Assembly (NCBI GenBank): GCA_964057225.1
Contig: OZ059900.1
Coordinates: forward strand, 3,472,001 to 3,536,000
DNA length: 64,000 nt
Reading direction: 5' to 3'
DNA from: Auanema rhodensis
Lineage: Eukaryota > Animalia > Nematoda
This document shows positions 1-11,797 of this stretch, piece after piece. Made by a program: the position numbers and the translations under genes. The notes beneath the pieces are model-generated. The model was given only the letters and a program-made list of their open reading frames with translations. It was not told the DNA's origin and searched no databases. Position 1 is the stretch's first letter. Each line of letters opens with the position of its first letter.

Positions 1-347
1 TGGTGTTAAAGGCATAAAAACGACCATACTTAGTGTAGTAATGCTATTTGAGCGAAAATCAGTATTTAAACATCACTAGCGTTTAATTGATGACTTTTGT
101 TGTTATAGACAATAAAACTATGTTTTTGATCATATATATGAGCGATTTAGCCCAATTGGACTCAAAACTCGGAAAATTCAAAAATTCTTTCTATTTTCGA
201 CCTTTTTTGATCAAAATGAATATATATCAGTGCAAACTCATAAAAATAGACTGATTTTGTTTATTGTGTGTTTGGTTTTTGAATCTTAACAAATATGATC
301 AAAATTTACGAGTATTACAGATTTTGTACCAAAAATCGGTGAGTATA
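1..347. repeat. Representative A-type monomer (347 bp)
   Basis: Carries the block GAGCGAAAATCAGTATTTAAACATCACTAGCGTTTAATTGATGAC. About 78% of monomers are of this type. Confidence 0.97.
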
Positions 348-2427
348 TGGTGTTAAAGGCATAAAAACGACCATACTTAGTGTAGTAATGCTATTTGAGC
401 GAAAATCAGTATTTAAACATCACTAACGTTTAATTGATGACTTTTGTTGTCATAGACAATAAAACTATGCTTCTGATCATATATATGAGCGATTTAGCCA
501 AATTAGACTCAAAACTCGGAAATTTCAAAAATTCTTTCTATTTTCGACCTTTTTTGATGAAAATGAAGATATATCAGTGCAAGCTCATAAAAATAGACTG
601 ATTTTGTTTATTGTGTGTTTGATTTTTGAATCTTAACAAATATGATCAAAATTTACGAGTATTACAGATTTTGTACCAAAAATCGGTGAGTATATGGTGT
701 TAAGGCATAAAAACGACCATACTTAGTGTAGTAATGCTATTTGAGCGAAAATCAGTATTTAAACATCACTAGCATTTAATTGATGACTTTTGTTGTCATA
801 GACAATAAAACTATGCTTCTGATCATATATATGAGCGATTTAGCCAAATTAGACTCAAAACTCGGAAATTTCAAAAATTCTTTCTATTTTCGACCTTTTT
901 TGATCAAAATGAATATATATCAGTGCAAGCTCAAAAAAATAGACTGATTTTGTGTATTGTATGTTTGATTCTCGAATCTTAACGAATATGATCAAAATTT
1001 ACGAGTATTACAGATTTTGTACCAAAAATCGGTGAGTATATGGTGTTAAAGGCATAAAAAAGACCATACATAGTGTAGTAATGCTATTTGAGCGAAATTC
1101 AGTATTTAAACATCACTAGCGTTTAATTGATGACTTTTGTTGTTATAGACATTAAAACTATGTTTTTGATCATATATATGAGCGATTTAGCCAAATTGGA
1201 CTCAAAACTCGGAAATTTCAAAAATTATTTCTATTTTCGACCTTTTTTGATCAAAATGAATAAATATCAGTGCAAACTTGTAAAAATAGACTTATTTTGT
1301 GTATTATGTGTTTGATTCTCGAATCTTAACAAATATGATCACAATTTACGAGTATTACAGATTTTGTACCAAAAATCGGTGAGTATATGGTGTTAAAGGC
1401 ATAAAAACGACCATACTTAGTGTAGTAATGCTATTTGAGCGAAAATCAGTATTTAAACATCACTAACGTTTAATTGATGACTTTTGTTGTCATAGACAAT
1501 AAAACTATGCTTCTGATCATATATATGAGCGATTTAGCCAAATTAGACTCAAAACTCGGAAATTTCAAAAATTCTTTCTATTTTCGACCTTTTTTGATCA
1601 AAATGAAGATATATCAGTGCAAGCTGATAAAAATAGACTGATTTTGTTTATTGTGTGTTTGATTTTTGAATCTTAACAAATATGATCAAAATTTACGAGT
1701 ATTACAGATTTTGTACCAAAAATCGGTGAGTATATGGTGTTAAGGCATAAAAACGACCATACTTAGTGTAGTAATGCTATTTGAGCGAAAATCAGTATTT
1801 AAACATCACTAGCGTTTAATTGATGACTTTTGTTGTCATAGACAATAAAACTATGCTTCTGATCATATATATGAGCGATTTAGCCAAATTAGACTCAAAA
1901 CTCGGAAATTTCAAAAATTCTTTCTATTTTCGACCTTTTTTGATCAAAATGAATATATATCAGTGCAAGCTCATAAAAATAGACTGATTTTGTGTATTGT
2001 ATGTTTGATTCTCGAATCTTAACGAATATGATCAAAATTTACGAGTATTACAGATTTTGTACCAAAAATCGGTGAGTATATGGTGTTAAAGGCATAAAAA
2101 CGACCATACATAGTGTAGTAATGCTATTTGAGCGAAATTCAGTATTTAAACATCACTAGCGTTTAATTGATGACTTTTGTTGTTATAGACATTAAAACTA
2201 TGTTTTTGATCATATATATGAGCGATTTAGCCAAATTGGACTCAAAACTCGGAAATTTCAAAAATTATTTCTATTTTCGACCTTTTTTGATCAAAATGAA
2301 TAAATATCAGTGCAAACTTGTAAAAATAGACTTATTTTGTGTATTATGTGTTTGATTCTCGAATCTTAACAAATATGATCAAAATTTACAAGTATTACAG
2401 ATTTTGTACCAAAAATCGGTGAGTATA
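348..2427. repeat. Tandem trimer duplication, period 1040 bp (Q-R-S x2)
   Basis: The CACTAAC/GAAGAT monomer, the TTAAGGC 1-bp-deletion monomer and the CATACATAG/AATTATTT monomer recur in order. Identical ORFs at 1127 and 2167. Confidence 0.9.
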
Positions 2428-2775
2428 TGGTGTTAAAGGCATAAAAACGACCATACTTAGTGTAGTAATGCTATTTGAGTGAAATTCAGTGATTTAATCA
2501 TTATTAGTGTATATTTGAAGACTTTTGTTATCATAGATAGTAAAACTATGCTTTTGATCATATATATGAGCGATTTAGCCCAATTCGACTCAAAACTCGG
2601 AAAATTCAAAAATTCTTTCTATTTTCGACCTTTTTTGATGAAAATGAATATATATCAGTGTAAACTCATAAAAATAGACTGATTTTGTGTATTGTGTGTT
2701 TGATTCTCAAATCTTAACAAATATGATCAAATTTTACGAGTATTACAGATTTTGTACCAAAAATTGGTGAGTATA
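2428..2775. repeat. Representative B-type monomer (348 bp)
   Basis: Carries GAGTGAAATTCAGTGATTTAATCATTATTAGTGTATATTTGAAGAC (1-bp insertion plus clustered substitutions). I counted about 40 B-type copies in the window. Confidence 0.95.
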
Positions 2776-5700
2776 TGGTGTTAAAGGCATAAAAACGACC
2801 ATACTTAGTGTAGTAATGCTATTTGAGCGAAAATCAGTATTTAAACATCACTAGCGTTTAATTGAAGATTTTTGTTGTCATAGACAATAAAACTATGCTT
2901 CTGATCATATATATGAGCGATTTAGCCCAATTGGACTCAAAACTCGGAAAATTCAAAAATTCTTTCTATTTTCGACCTTTTTTGATCAAAATGAATATAT
3001 ATCAGTGCAAACTCATAAAAATAGACTTATTTCGTGTATTATGTGTTTGTTTCTCGAATCTTAACGAATATGATCAAAATTTACAAGTATTACAGATTTT
3101 GTACCAAAAATCGGTGAGTATATGGTGTTAAAGGCATAAAAACGACCATACTTAGTGTAGTAATGCATTTGAGTGAAATTCAGTGATTTACACATTATTA
3201 GTGTATATTTGAAGACTTTTGTTATCATAGACAGTAAAACTATGCTTTTGATCATATATATGAGCGATTTAGCCCAATTGGACTCAAAACTCGGAAAATT
3301 CAAAAATTCTTCTATTTTCGACCTTTTTTGATCAAAATGAATATATATCAGTGCAAACTCATAAAAATAGACTGATTTTGTTTATTGTGTGTTTGATTTT
3401 CAAATCTTAACGAATATGATCAAAATTTACGAGTATTACAGATTTTGTACCAAAAATCGGTGAGTATATGGTGTTAAAGGCATAAAAACGACCATACTTA
3501 GTGTAGTAATGCTATTTGAGCGAAAATCAGTATTTAAACATCACTAGCGTTTAATTGATGACTTTTGTTGTCATAGACAGTAAAACTATGCTTTTGATCA
3601 TATATATGAGCGATTTAGCCCAATTGGACTCAAAACTCGGAAAATTCAAAAATTCTTTCTATTTTCGACTTTTTTTGATCAAAATGAATATATATCAGTG
3701 CAAACTCATAAAAATAGACTGATTTTGTTTATTGTGTGTTTGATTTTCAAATCTTAACGAATATGATCAAAATTTACGAGTATTACAGATTTTGTGCCAA
3801 AAATCGGTGAGTATATGGTGTTAAAGGCATAAAAACGACCATACTTAGTGTAGTAATGCTATTTGAGCGAAAATCAGTATTTAAACATCACTAGCGTTTA
3901 ATTGATGATTTTTGTTGTCATAGACAATAAAACTATGCTTCTGATCATGTATATGAGCGATTTAGCCAAATTAGACTCAAAACTCGGAAATTTCAAAAAT
4001 TCTTTCTATTTTCGACCTTTTTTGATCAAAATGAATATATATCAGTGCAAGCTCATAAAAATAGACTGATTTTGTGTATTGTATGTTTGATTCTCAAATC
4101 TTAACGAATATGATCAAAATTTACGAGTATTACAGATTTTGTACCAAAAATCGGTGAGTATATGGTGTTAAAGGCATAAAAACGACCATACTTAGTGTAG
4201 TAATGCTATTTGAGCGAAATTCAGTATTTAAACATCACTAGCGTTTAATTGATGACTTTTGTTGTCATAGACAATAAAACTATGCTTTTGATCATATATA
4301 TGAGCGATTTAGCCAAATTAGACTCAAAACTCGGAAATTTCAAAAATTCTTTCTATTTTCGACCTTTTTTGATCAAAATGAATAAATATCAGTGCAAACT
4401 CGTAAAAATAGACTGATTTTGTGTATTGTATGTTTGATTCTCAAATCTTAACGAATATGATCAAAATTTACGAGTATTACAGATTTTGTACCAAAAATCG
4501 GTGAGTATATGGTGTTAAAGGCATAAAAACGACCATACTTAGTGTAGTAATGCTATTTGAGCGAAATTCAGTATTTAAACATCACTAGCGTTTAATTGAT
4601 GACTTTTGTTGTTATAGACAATAAAACTATGTTTTTGATCATATATATGAGCGATTTAGCCAAATTGGACTCAAAACTCGGAAATTTCAAAAATTCTTTC
4701 TATTTTCGACCTTTTTTGATCAAAATGAATATATATCAGTGCAAACTCATAAAAATAGACTGATTTTGTTTATTGTGTGTTTGATTTTTGAATCTTAACA
4801 AATATGATCAAATTTTACGAGTATTACAGATTTTGTACCAAAAATTGGTGAGTATATGGTGTTAAAGGCATAAAAACGACCATACTTAGTGTAGTAATGC
4901 TATTTGAGTGAAATTCAGTGATTTAATCATTATTAGTGTATATTTGAAGACTTTTGTTATCATAGATAGTAAAACTATGCTTTTGATCATATATATGAGC
5001 GATTTAGCCCAATTCGACTCAAAACTCGGAAAATTCAAAAATTCTTTCTATTTTCGACCTTTTTTGATGAAAATGAATATATATCAGTGTAAACTCATAA
5101 AAATAGACTGATTTTGTGTATTGTGTGTTTGATTCTCAAATCTTAACAAATATGATCAAATTTTACGAGTATTACAGATTTTGTACCAAAAATTGGTGAG
5201 TATATGGTGTTAAAGGCATAAAAACGACCATACTTAGTGTAGTAATGCTATTTGAGCGAAAATCAGTATTTAAACATCACTAGCGTTTAATTGAAGATTT
5301 TTGTTGTCATAGACAATAAAACTATGCTTCTGATCATATATATGAGCGATTTAGCCAAATTAGACTCAAAACTCGGAAATTTCAAAAATTCTTTCTATTT
5401 TCGACCTTTTTTGATCAAAATGAATAAATATCAGTGCAAACTCATAAAAATAGACTTATTTCGTGTATTATGTGTTTGTTTCTCGAATCTTAACGAATAT
5501 GATCAAAATTTACAAGTATTACAGATTTTGTACCAAAAATCGGTGAGTATATGGTGTTAAAGGCATAAAAACGACCATACTTAGTGTAGTAATGCATTTG
5601 AGTGAAATTCAGTGATTTACACATTATTAGTGTATATTTGAAGACTTTTGTTATCATAGACAGTAAAACTATGCTTTTGATCATATATATGAGCGATTTA

Positions 5701-7285
5701 GCCCAATTGGACTCAAAACTCGGAAAATTCAAAAATTCTTCTATTTTCGACCTTTTTTGATCAAAATGAATATATATCAGTGCAAACTCATAAAAATAGA
5801 CTGATTTTGTTTATTGTGTGTTTGATTTTCAAATCTTAACGAATATGATCAAAATTTACGAGTATTACAGATTTTGTACCAAAAATCGGTGAGTATATGG
5901 TGTTAAAGGGATAAAAACGACCATACTTAGTGTAGTAATGCTATTTGAGCGAAAATCAGTATTTAAACATCACTAGCGTTTAATTGATGACTTTTGTTGT
6001 CATAGACAGTAAAACTATGCTTTTGATCATATATATGAGCGATTTAGCCCAATTGGACTCAAAACTCGGAAAATTCAAAAATTCTTTCTATTTTCGACCT
6101 TTTTTGATCAAAATGAATATATATCAGTGCAAACTCATAAAAATAGACTGATTTTGTTTATTGTGTGTTTGATTTTCAAATCTTAACGAATATGATCAAA
6201 ATTTACGAGTATTACAGATTTTGTGCCAAAAATCGGTGAGTATATGGTGTTAAAGGCATAAAAACGACCATACTTAGTGTAGTAATGCTATTTGAGCGAA
6301 AATCAGTATTTAAACATCACTAGCGTTTAATTGATGATTTTTGTTGTCATAGACAATAAAACTATGCTTCTGATCATGTATATGAGCGATTTAGCCAAAT
6401 TAGACTCAAAACTCGGAAATTTCAAAAATTCTTTCTATTTTCGACCTTTTTTGATCAAAATGAATATATATCAGTGCAAGCTCATAAAAATAGACTGATT
6501 TTGTGTATTGTATGTTTGATTCTCAAATCTTAACGAATATGATCAAAATTTACGAGTATTACAGATTTTGTACCAAAAATCGGTGAGTATATGGTGTTAA
6601 AGGCATAAAAACGACCATACTTAGTGTAGTAATGCTATTTGAGCGAAATTCAGTATTTAAACATCACTAGCGTTTAATTGATGACTTTTGTTGTCATAGA
6701 CAATAAAACTATGCTTTTGATCATATATATGAGCGATTTAGCCAAATTAGACTCAAAACTCGGAAATTTCAAAAATTCTTTCTATTTTCGACCTTTTTTG
6801 ATCAAAATGAATAAATATCAGTGCAAACTCGTAAAAATAGACTGATTTTGTGTATTGTATGTTTGATTCTCAAATCTTAACGAATATGATCAAAATTTAC
6901 GAGTATTACAGATTTTGTACCAAAAATCGGTGAGTATATGGTGTTAAAGGCATAAAAACGACCATACTTAGTGTAGTAATGCTATTTGAGCGAAATTCAG
7001 TATTTAAACATCACTAGCGTTTAATTGATGACTTTTGTTGTTATAGACAATAAAACTATGTTTTTGATCATATATATGAGCGATTTAGCCAAATTGGACT
7101 CAAAACTCGGAAATTTCAAAAATTCTTTCTATTTTCGACCTTTTTTGATCAAAATGAATATATATCAGTGCAAACTCATAAAAATAGACTGATTTTGTTT
7201 ATTGTGTGTTTGATTTTCAAATCTTAACGAATATGATCAAAATTTACGAGTATTACAGATTTTGTACCAAAAATCGGTGAGTATA
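2428..7285. repeat. Tandem 7-mer duplication, period 2429 bp
   Basis: ORF offsets 2479/4908, 2862/5291 and 3061/5490 are all 2429. The variant CATAGATAGT was seen only at about 2532 and 4961. Confidence 0.9.
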
Positions 7286-9019
7286 TGGTGTTAAAGGCAT
7301 AAAAACGACCATACTTAGTGTAGTAATGCTATTTGAGCGAAATTCAGTATTTAAACATCACTAGCGTTTAATTGATGACTTTTGTTGTCATAGACATTAA
7401 AACTATGTTTTTGATCATATAAATGAGCGATTTAGCCAAATTAGACTCAAAACTCGGAAATTTCAAAAATTCTTTCTATTTTCGACCTTTTTTGATCAAA
7501 ATGAATATATATCAGTGCAAACTCATAAAAATAGACTTATTTCGTGTATTATGTGTTTGATTCTCGAATCTTAACAAATATGATCAAAATTTACAAGTAT
7601 TACAGATTTTGTACCAAAAATCGGTGAGTATATGGTGTTAAAGGCATAAAAACGACCATACTTAGTGTAGTAATGCTATTTGAGCGAAAATCAGTATTTA
7701 AACATCACTAGCGTTTAATTGATGACTTTTGTTGTTATAGACAATAAAACTATGTTTTTGATCATATATATGAGCGATTTAGCCCAATTGGACTCAAAAC
7801 TCGGAAAATTCAAAAATTCTTTCTATTTTCGACCTTTTTTGATCAAAATGAATATATATCAGTGCAAACTCATAAAAATAGACTGATTTTGTTTATTGTG
7901 TGTTTGATTTTTGAATCTTAACAAATATGATCAAAATTTACGAGTATTACAGATTTTGTACCAAAAATCGGTGAGTATATGGTGCTAAAGGCATAAAAAC
8001 GACCATACTTAGTGTAGTAATGCTATTTGAGCGAAAATCAGTATTTAAACATCACTAACGTTTAATTGATGACTTTTGTTGTCATAGACAATAAAACTAT
8101 GCTTCTGATCATATATATGAGCGATTTAGCCAAATTAGACTCAAAACTCGGAAATTTCAAAAATTCTTTCTATTTTCGACCTTTTTTGATCAAAATGAAG
8201 ATATATCAGTGCAAGCTCATAAAAATAGACTGATTTTGTTTATTGTGTGTTTGATTTTTGAAACTTAACAAATATGATCAAAATTTACGAGTATTACAGA
8301 TTTTGTACCAAAAATCGGTGAGTATATGGTGTTAAGGCATAAAAACGACCATACTTAGTGTAGTAATGCTATTTGAGCGAAAATCAGTATTTAAACATCA
8401 CTAGCGTTTAATTGATGACTTTTGTTGTCATAGACAATAAAACTATGCTTCTGATCATATATATGAGCGATTTAGCCAAATTAGACTCAAAACTCGGAAA
8501 TTTCAAAAATTCTTTCTATTTTCGACCTTTTTTGATCAAAATGAATATATATCAGTGCAAGCTCATAAAAATAGACTGATTTTGTGTATTGTATGTTTGA
8601 TTCTCAAATCTTAACGAATATGATCAAAATTTACGAGTATTACAGATTTTGTACCAAAAATCGGTGAGTATATGGTGTTAAAGGCATAAAAACGACCATA
8701 CATAGTGTAGTAATGCTATTTGAGCGAAATTCAGTATTTAAACATCACTAGCGTTTAATTGATGACTTTTGTTGTTATAGACATTAAAACTATGTTTTTG
8801 ATCATATATATGAGCGATTTAGCCAAATTGGACTCAAAACTCGGAAATTTCAAAAATTATTTCTATTTTCGACCTTTTTTGATCAAAATGAATAAATATC
8901 AGTGCAAACTTGTAAAAATAGACTTATTTTGTGTATTATGTGTTTGATTCTCGAATCTTAACAAATATGATCAAAATTTACAAGTATTACAGATTTTGTA
9001 CCAAAAATCGGTGAGTATA
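4857..9019. repeat. Complete 12-monomer higher-order repeat unit (4163 bp; T-U-V-W-X-Y-Z-A'-P-Q-R-S)
   Basis: Twelve distinguishable monomers, after which T-U-V restart at 9020. ORF offsets 4908/9071, 5291/9454 and 5490/9653 are 4163. The same order reappears at 35-59 kb (36874/41038 = 4164). Confidence 0.85.
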
Positions 9020-11797
9020 TGGTGTTAAAGGCATAAAAACGACCATACTTAGTGTAGTAATGCTATTTGAGTGAAATTCAGTGATTTAATCATTATTAGT
9101 GTATATTTGAAGACTTTTGTTATCATAGACAGTAAAACTATGCTTTTGATCATATATATGAGCGATTTAGCCCAATTCGACTCAAAACTCGGAAAATTCA
9201 AAAATTCTTTCTATTTTCGACCTTTTTTGATCAAAATGAATAAATATCAGTGCAAACTTGTAAAAATAGACTTATTTTGTGTATTATGTGTTTGATTCTC
9301 AAATCTTAACAAATATGATCAAAATTTACAAGTATTACAGATTTTGTACCAAAAATCGGTGAGTATATGGTGTTAAAGGCATAAAAACGACCATACTTAG
9401 TGTAGTAATGCTATTTGAGCGAAAATCAGTATTTAAACATCACTAGCGTTTAATTGAAGATTTTTGTTGTCATAGACAATAAAACTATGCTTCTGATCAT
9501 ATATATGAGCGATTTAGCCAAATTAGACTCAAAACTCGGAAATTTCAAAAATTCTTTCTATTTTCGACCTTTTTTGATCAAAATGAATAAATATCAGTGC
9601 AAACTCATAAAAATAGACTTATTTCGTGTATTATGTGTTTGTTTCTCGAATCTTAACGAATATGATCAAAATTTACAAGTATTACAGATTTTGTACCAAA
9701 AATCGGTGAGTATATGGTGTTAAAGGCATAAAAACGACCATACTTAGTGTAGTAATGCATTTGAGTGAAATTCAGTGATTTACACATTATTAGTGTATAT
9801 TTGAAGACTTTTGTTATCATAGACAGTAAAACTATGCTTTTGATCATATATATGAGCGATTTAGCCCAATTGGACTCAAAACTCGGAAAATTCAAAAATT
9901 CTTCTATTTTCGACCTTTTTTGATCAAAATGAATATATATCAGTGCAAACTCATAAAAATAGACTGATTTTGTTTATTGTGTGTTTGATTTTCAAATCTT
10001 AACGAATATGATCAAAATTTACGAGTATTACAGATTTTGTGCCAAAAATCGGTGAGTATATGGTGTGAAAGGCATAAAAACGACCATACTTAGTGTAATA
10101 ATGCTATTTGAGCGAAAATCAGTATTTAAACATCACTAGCGTTTAATTGATGACTTTTGTTGTCATAGACAGTAAAACTATGCTTTTGATCATATATATG
10201 AGCGATTTAGCCCAATTGGACTCAAAACTCGGAAAATTCAAAAATTCTTTCTATTTTCGACCTTTTTTGATCAAAATGAATATATATCAGTGCAAACTCA
10301 TAAAAATAGACTGACTTTGTTTATTGTGTGTTTGATTTTCAAATCTTAACGAATATGATCAAAATTTACGAGTATTACAGATTTTGTACCAAAAATCGGT
10401 GAGTATATGGTGTTAAAGGCATAAAAACGACCATACTTAGTGTAGTAATGCTATTTGAGCGAAATTCAGTATTTAAACATTACTAGCGTTTAATTGATGA
10501 CTTTTGTTGTTATAGACAATAAAACTATGTTTTTGATCATATATATGAGCGATTTAGCCAAATTGGACTCAAAACTCGGAAATTTCAAAAATTCTTTCTA
10601 TTTTCGACCTTTTTTGATCAAAATGAATAAATATCAGTGCAAACTTGTAAAAATAGACTTATTTTGTGTATTATGTGTTCGATTCTCGAATCTTAACAAA
10701 TATGATCAAAATTTACAAGTATTACAGATTTTGTACCAAAAATCGGTGAGTATATGGTGTTAAAGGCATAAAAACGACCATACTTAGTGTAGTAATGCTA
10801 TTTGAGTGAAATTCAGTGATTTACACATTATTAGTGTATATTTGAAGACTTTTGTTATCATAGACAGTAAAACTATGCTTTTGATCATATATATGAGCGA
10901 TTTAGCCAAATTAGACTCAAAACTCGGAAATTTCAAAAATTCTTTCTATTTTCGACCTTTTTTGATCAAAATGAATAAATATCAGTGCAAACTCGTAAAA
11001 ATAAACTTATTTCGTGTATTGTGTGTTTGATTCTCGAATCTCACCGAATATGATCAAAATTTACGAGTATCACAGATTTTGTACCAAAAATCGGTGAGTA
11101 TATGGTGTTAAAGGCATAAAAACGACTATACATAGTGTAGTAATGCTATTTGAGTGAAATTCAGTGATTAAATCATTATTAGTGTATATTTGAAGACTTT
11201 TGTTATCATAGACAGTAAAACTATGCTTTTGATCATATATATGAGCGATTTAGCCCAATTGGACTCAAAACTCGGAAAATTCAAAAATTCTTTCTATTTT
11301 CGACCTTTTTTGATCAAAATGAATATATATCAGTGCAAACTCATAAAAATAGACTGATTTTGTTTATTGTGTGTTCGATTTTCAAATCTTAACGAATATG
11401 ATCAAAATTTACGAGTATTACAGATTTTGTACCAAAAATCGGTGAGTATATGGTGTTAAAGGCATAAAAACGACCATACTTAGTGTAGTAATGCTATTTG
11501 AGCGAAAATCAGTATTTAAACATCACTAGCGTTTAATTGATGATTTTTGTTGTCATAGACAATAAAACTATGCTTCTGATCATGTATATGAGCGATTTAG
11601 CCAAATTAGACTCAAAACTCGGAAATTTCAAAAATTCTTTCTATTTTCGACCTTTTTTGATCAAAATGAATAAATATCAGTGCAAACTCGTAAAAATAGA
11701 CTGATTTTGTGTATTGTATGTTTGATTCTCAAATCTTAACGAATATGATCAAAATTTACGAGTATTACAGATTTTGTACCAAAAATCGGTGAGTATA

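Noticed and set aside
124-304. Tandem MITE origin based on the 12-bp inverted pair
   Set aside because: The inverted match does not extend convincingly, there is no target-site duplication, and short AT-rich matches are expected by chance.
1-347. CENP-B box, telomeric repeats, or a 5S/tRNA/snRNA gene within the unit
   Set aside because: I saw no TTCG....A..CGGG motif, no TTAGG/TTAGGG/TTTAGGG arrays and no recognisable RNA-gene sequence or pol III A/B boxes.
1-347. Assignment to a named satellite (e.g. Drosophila 1.688/359-bp or tenebrionid 340-360-bp satellites)
   Set aside because: Only length and AT content are similar. I cannot confirm sequence homology without a search.
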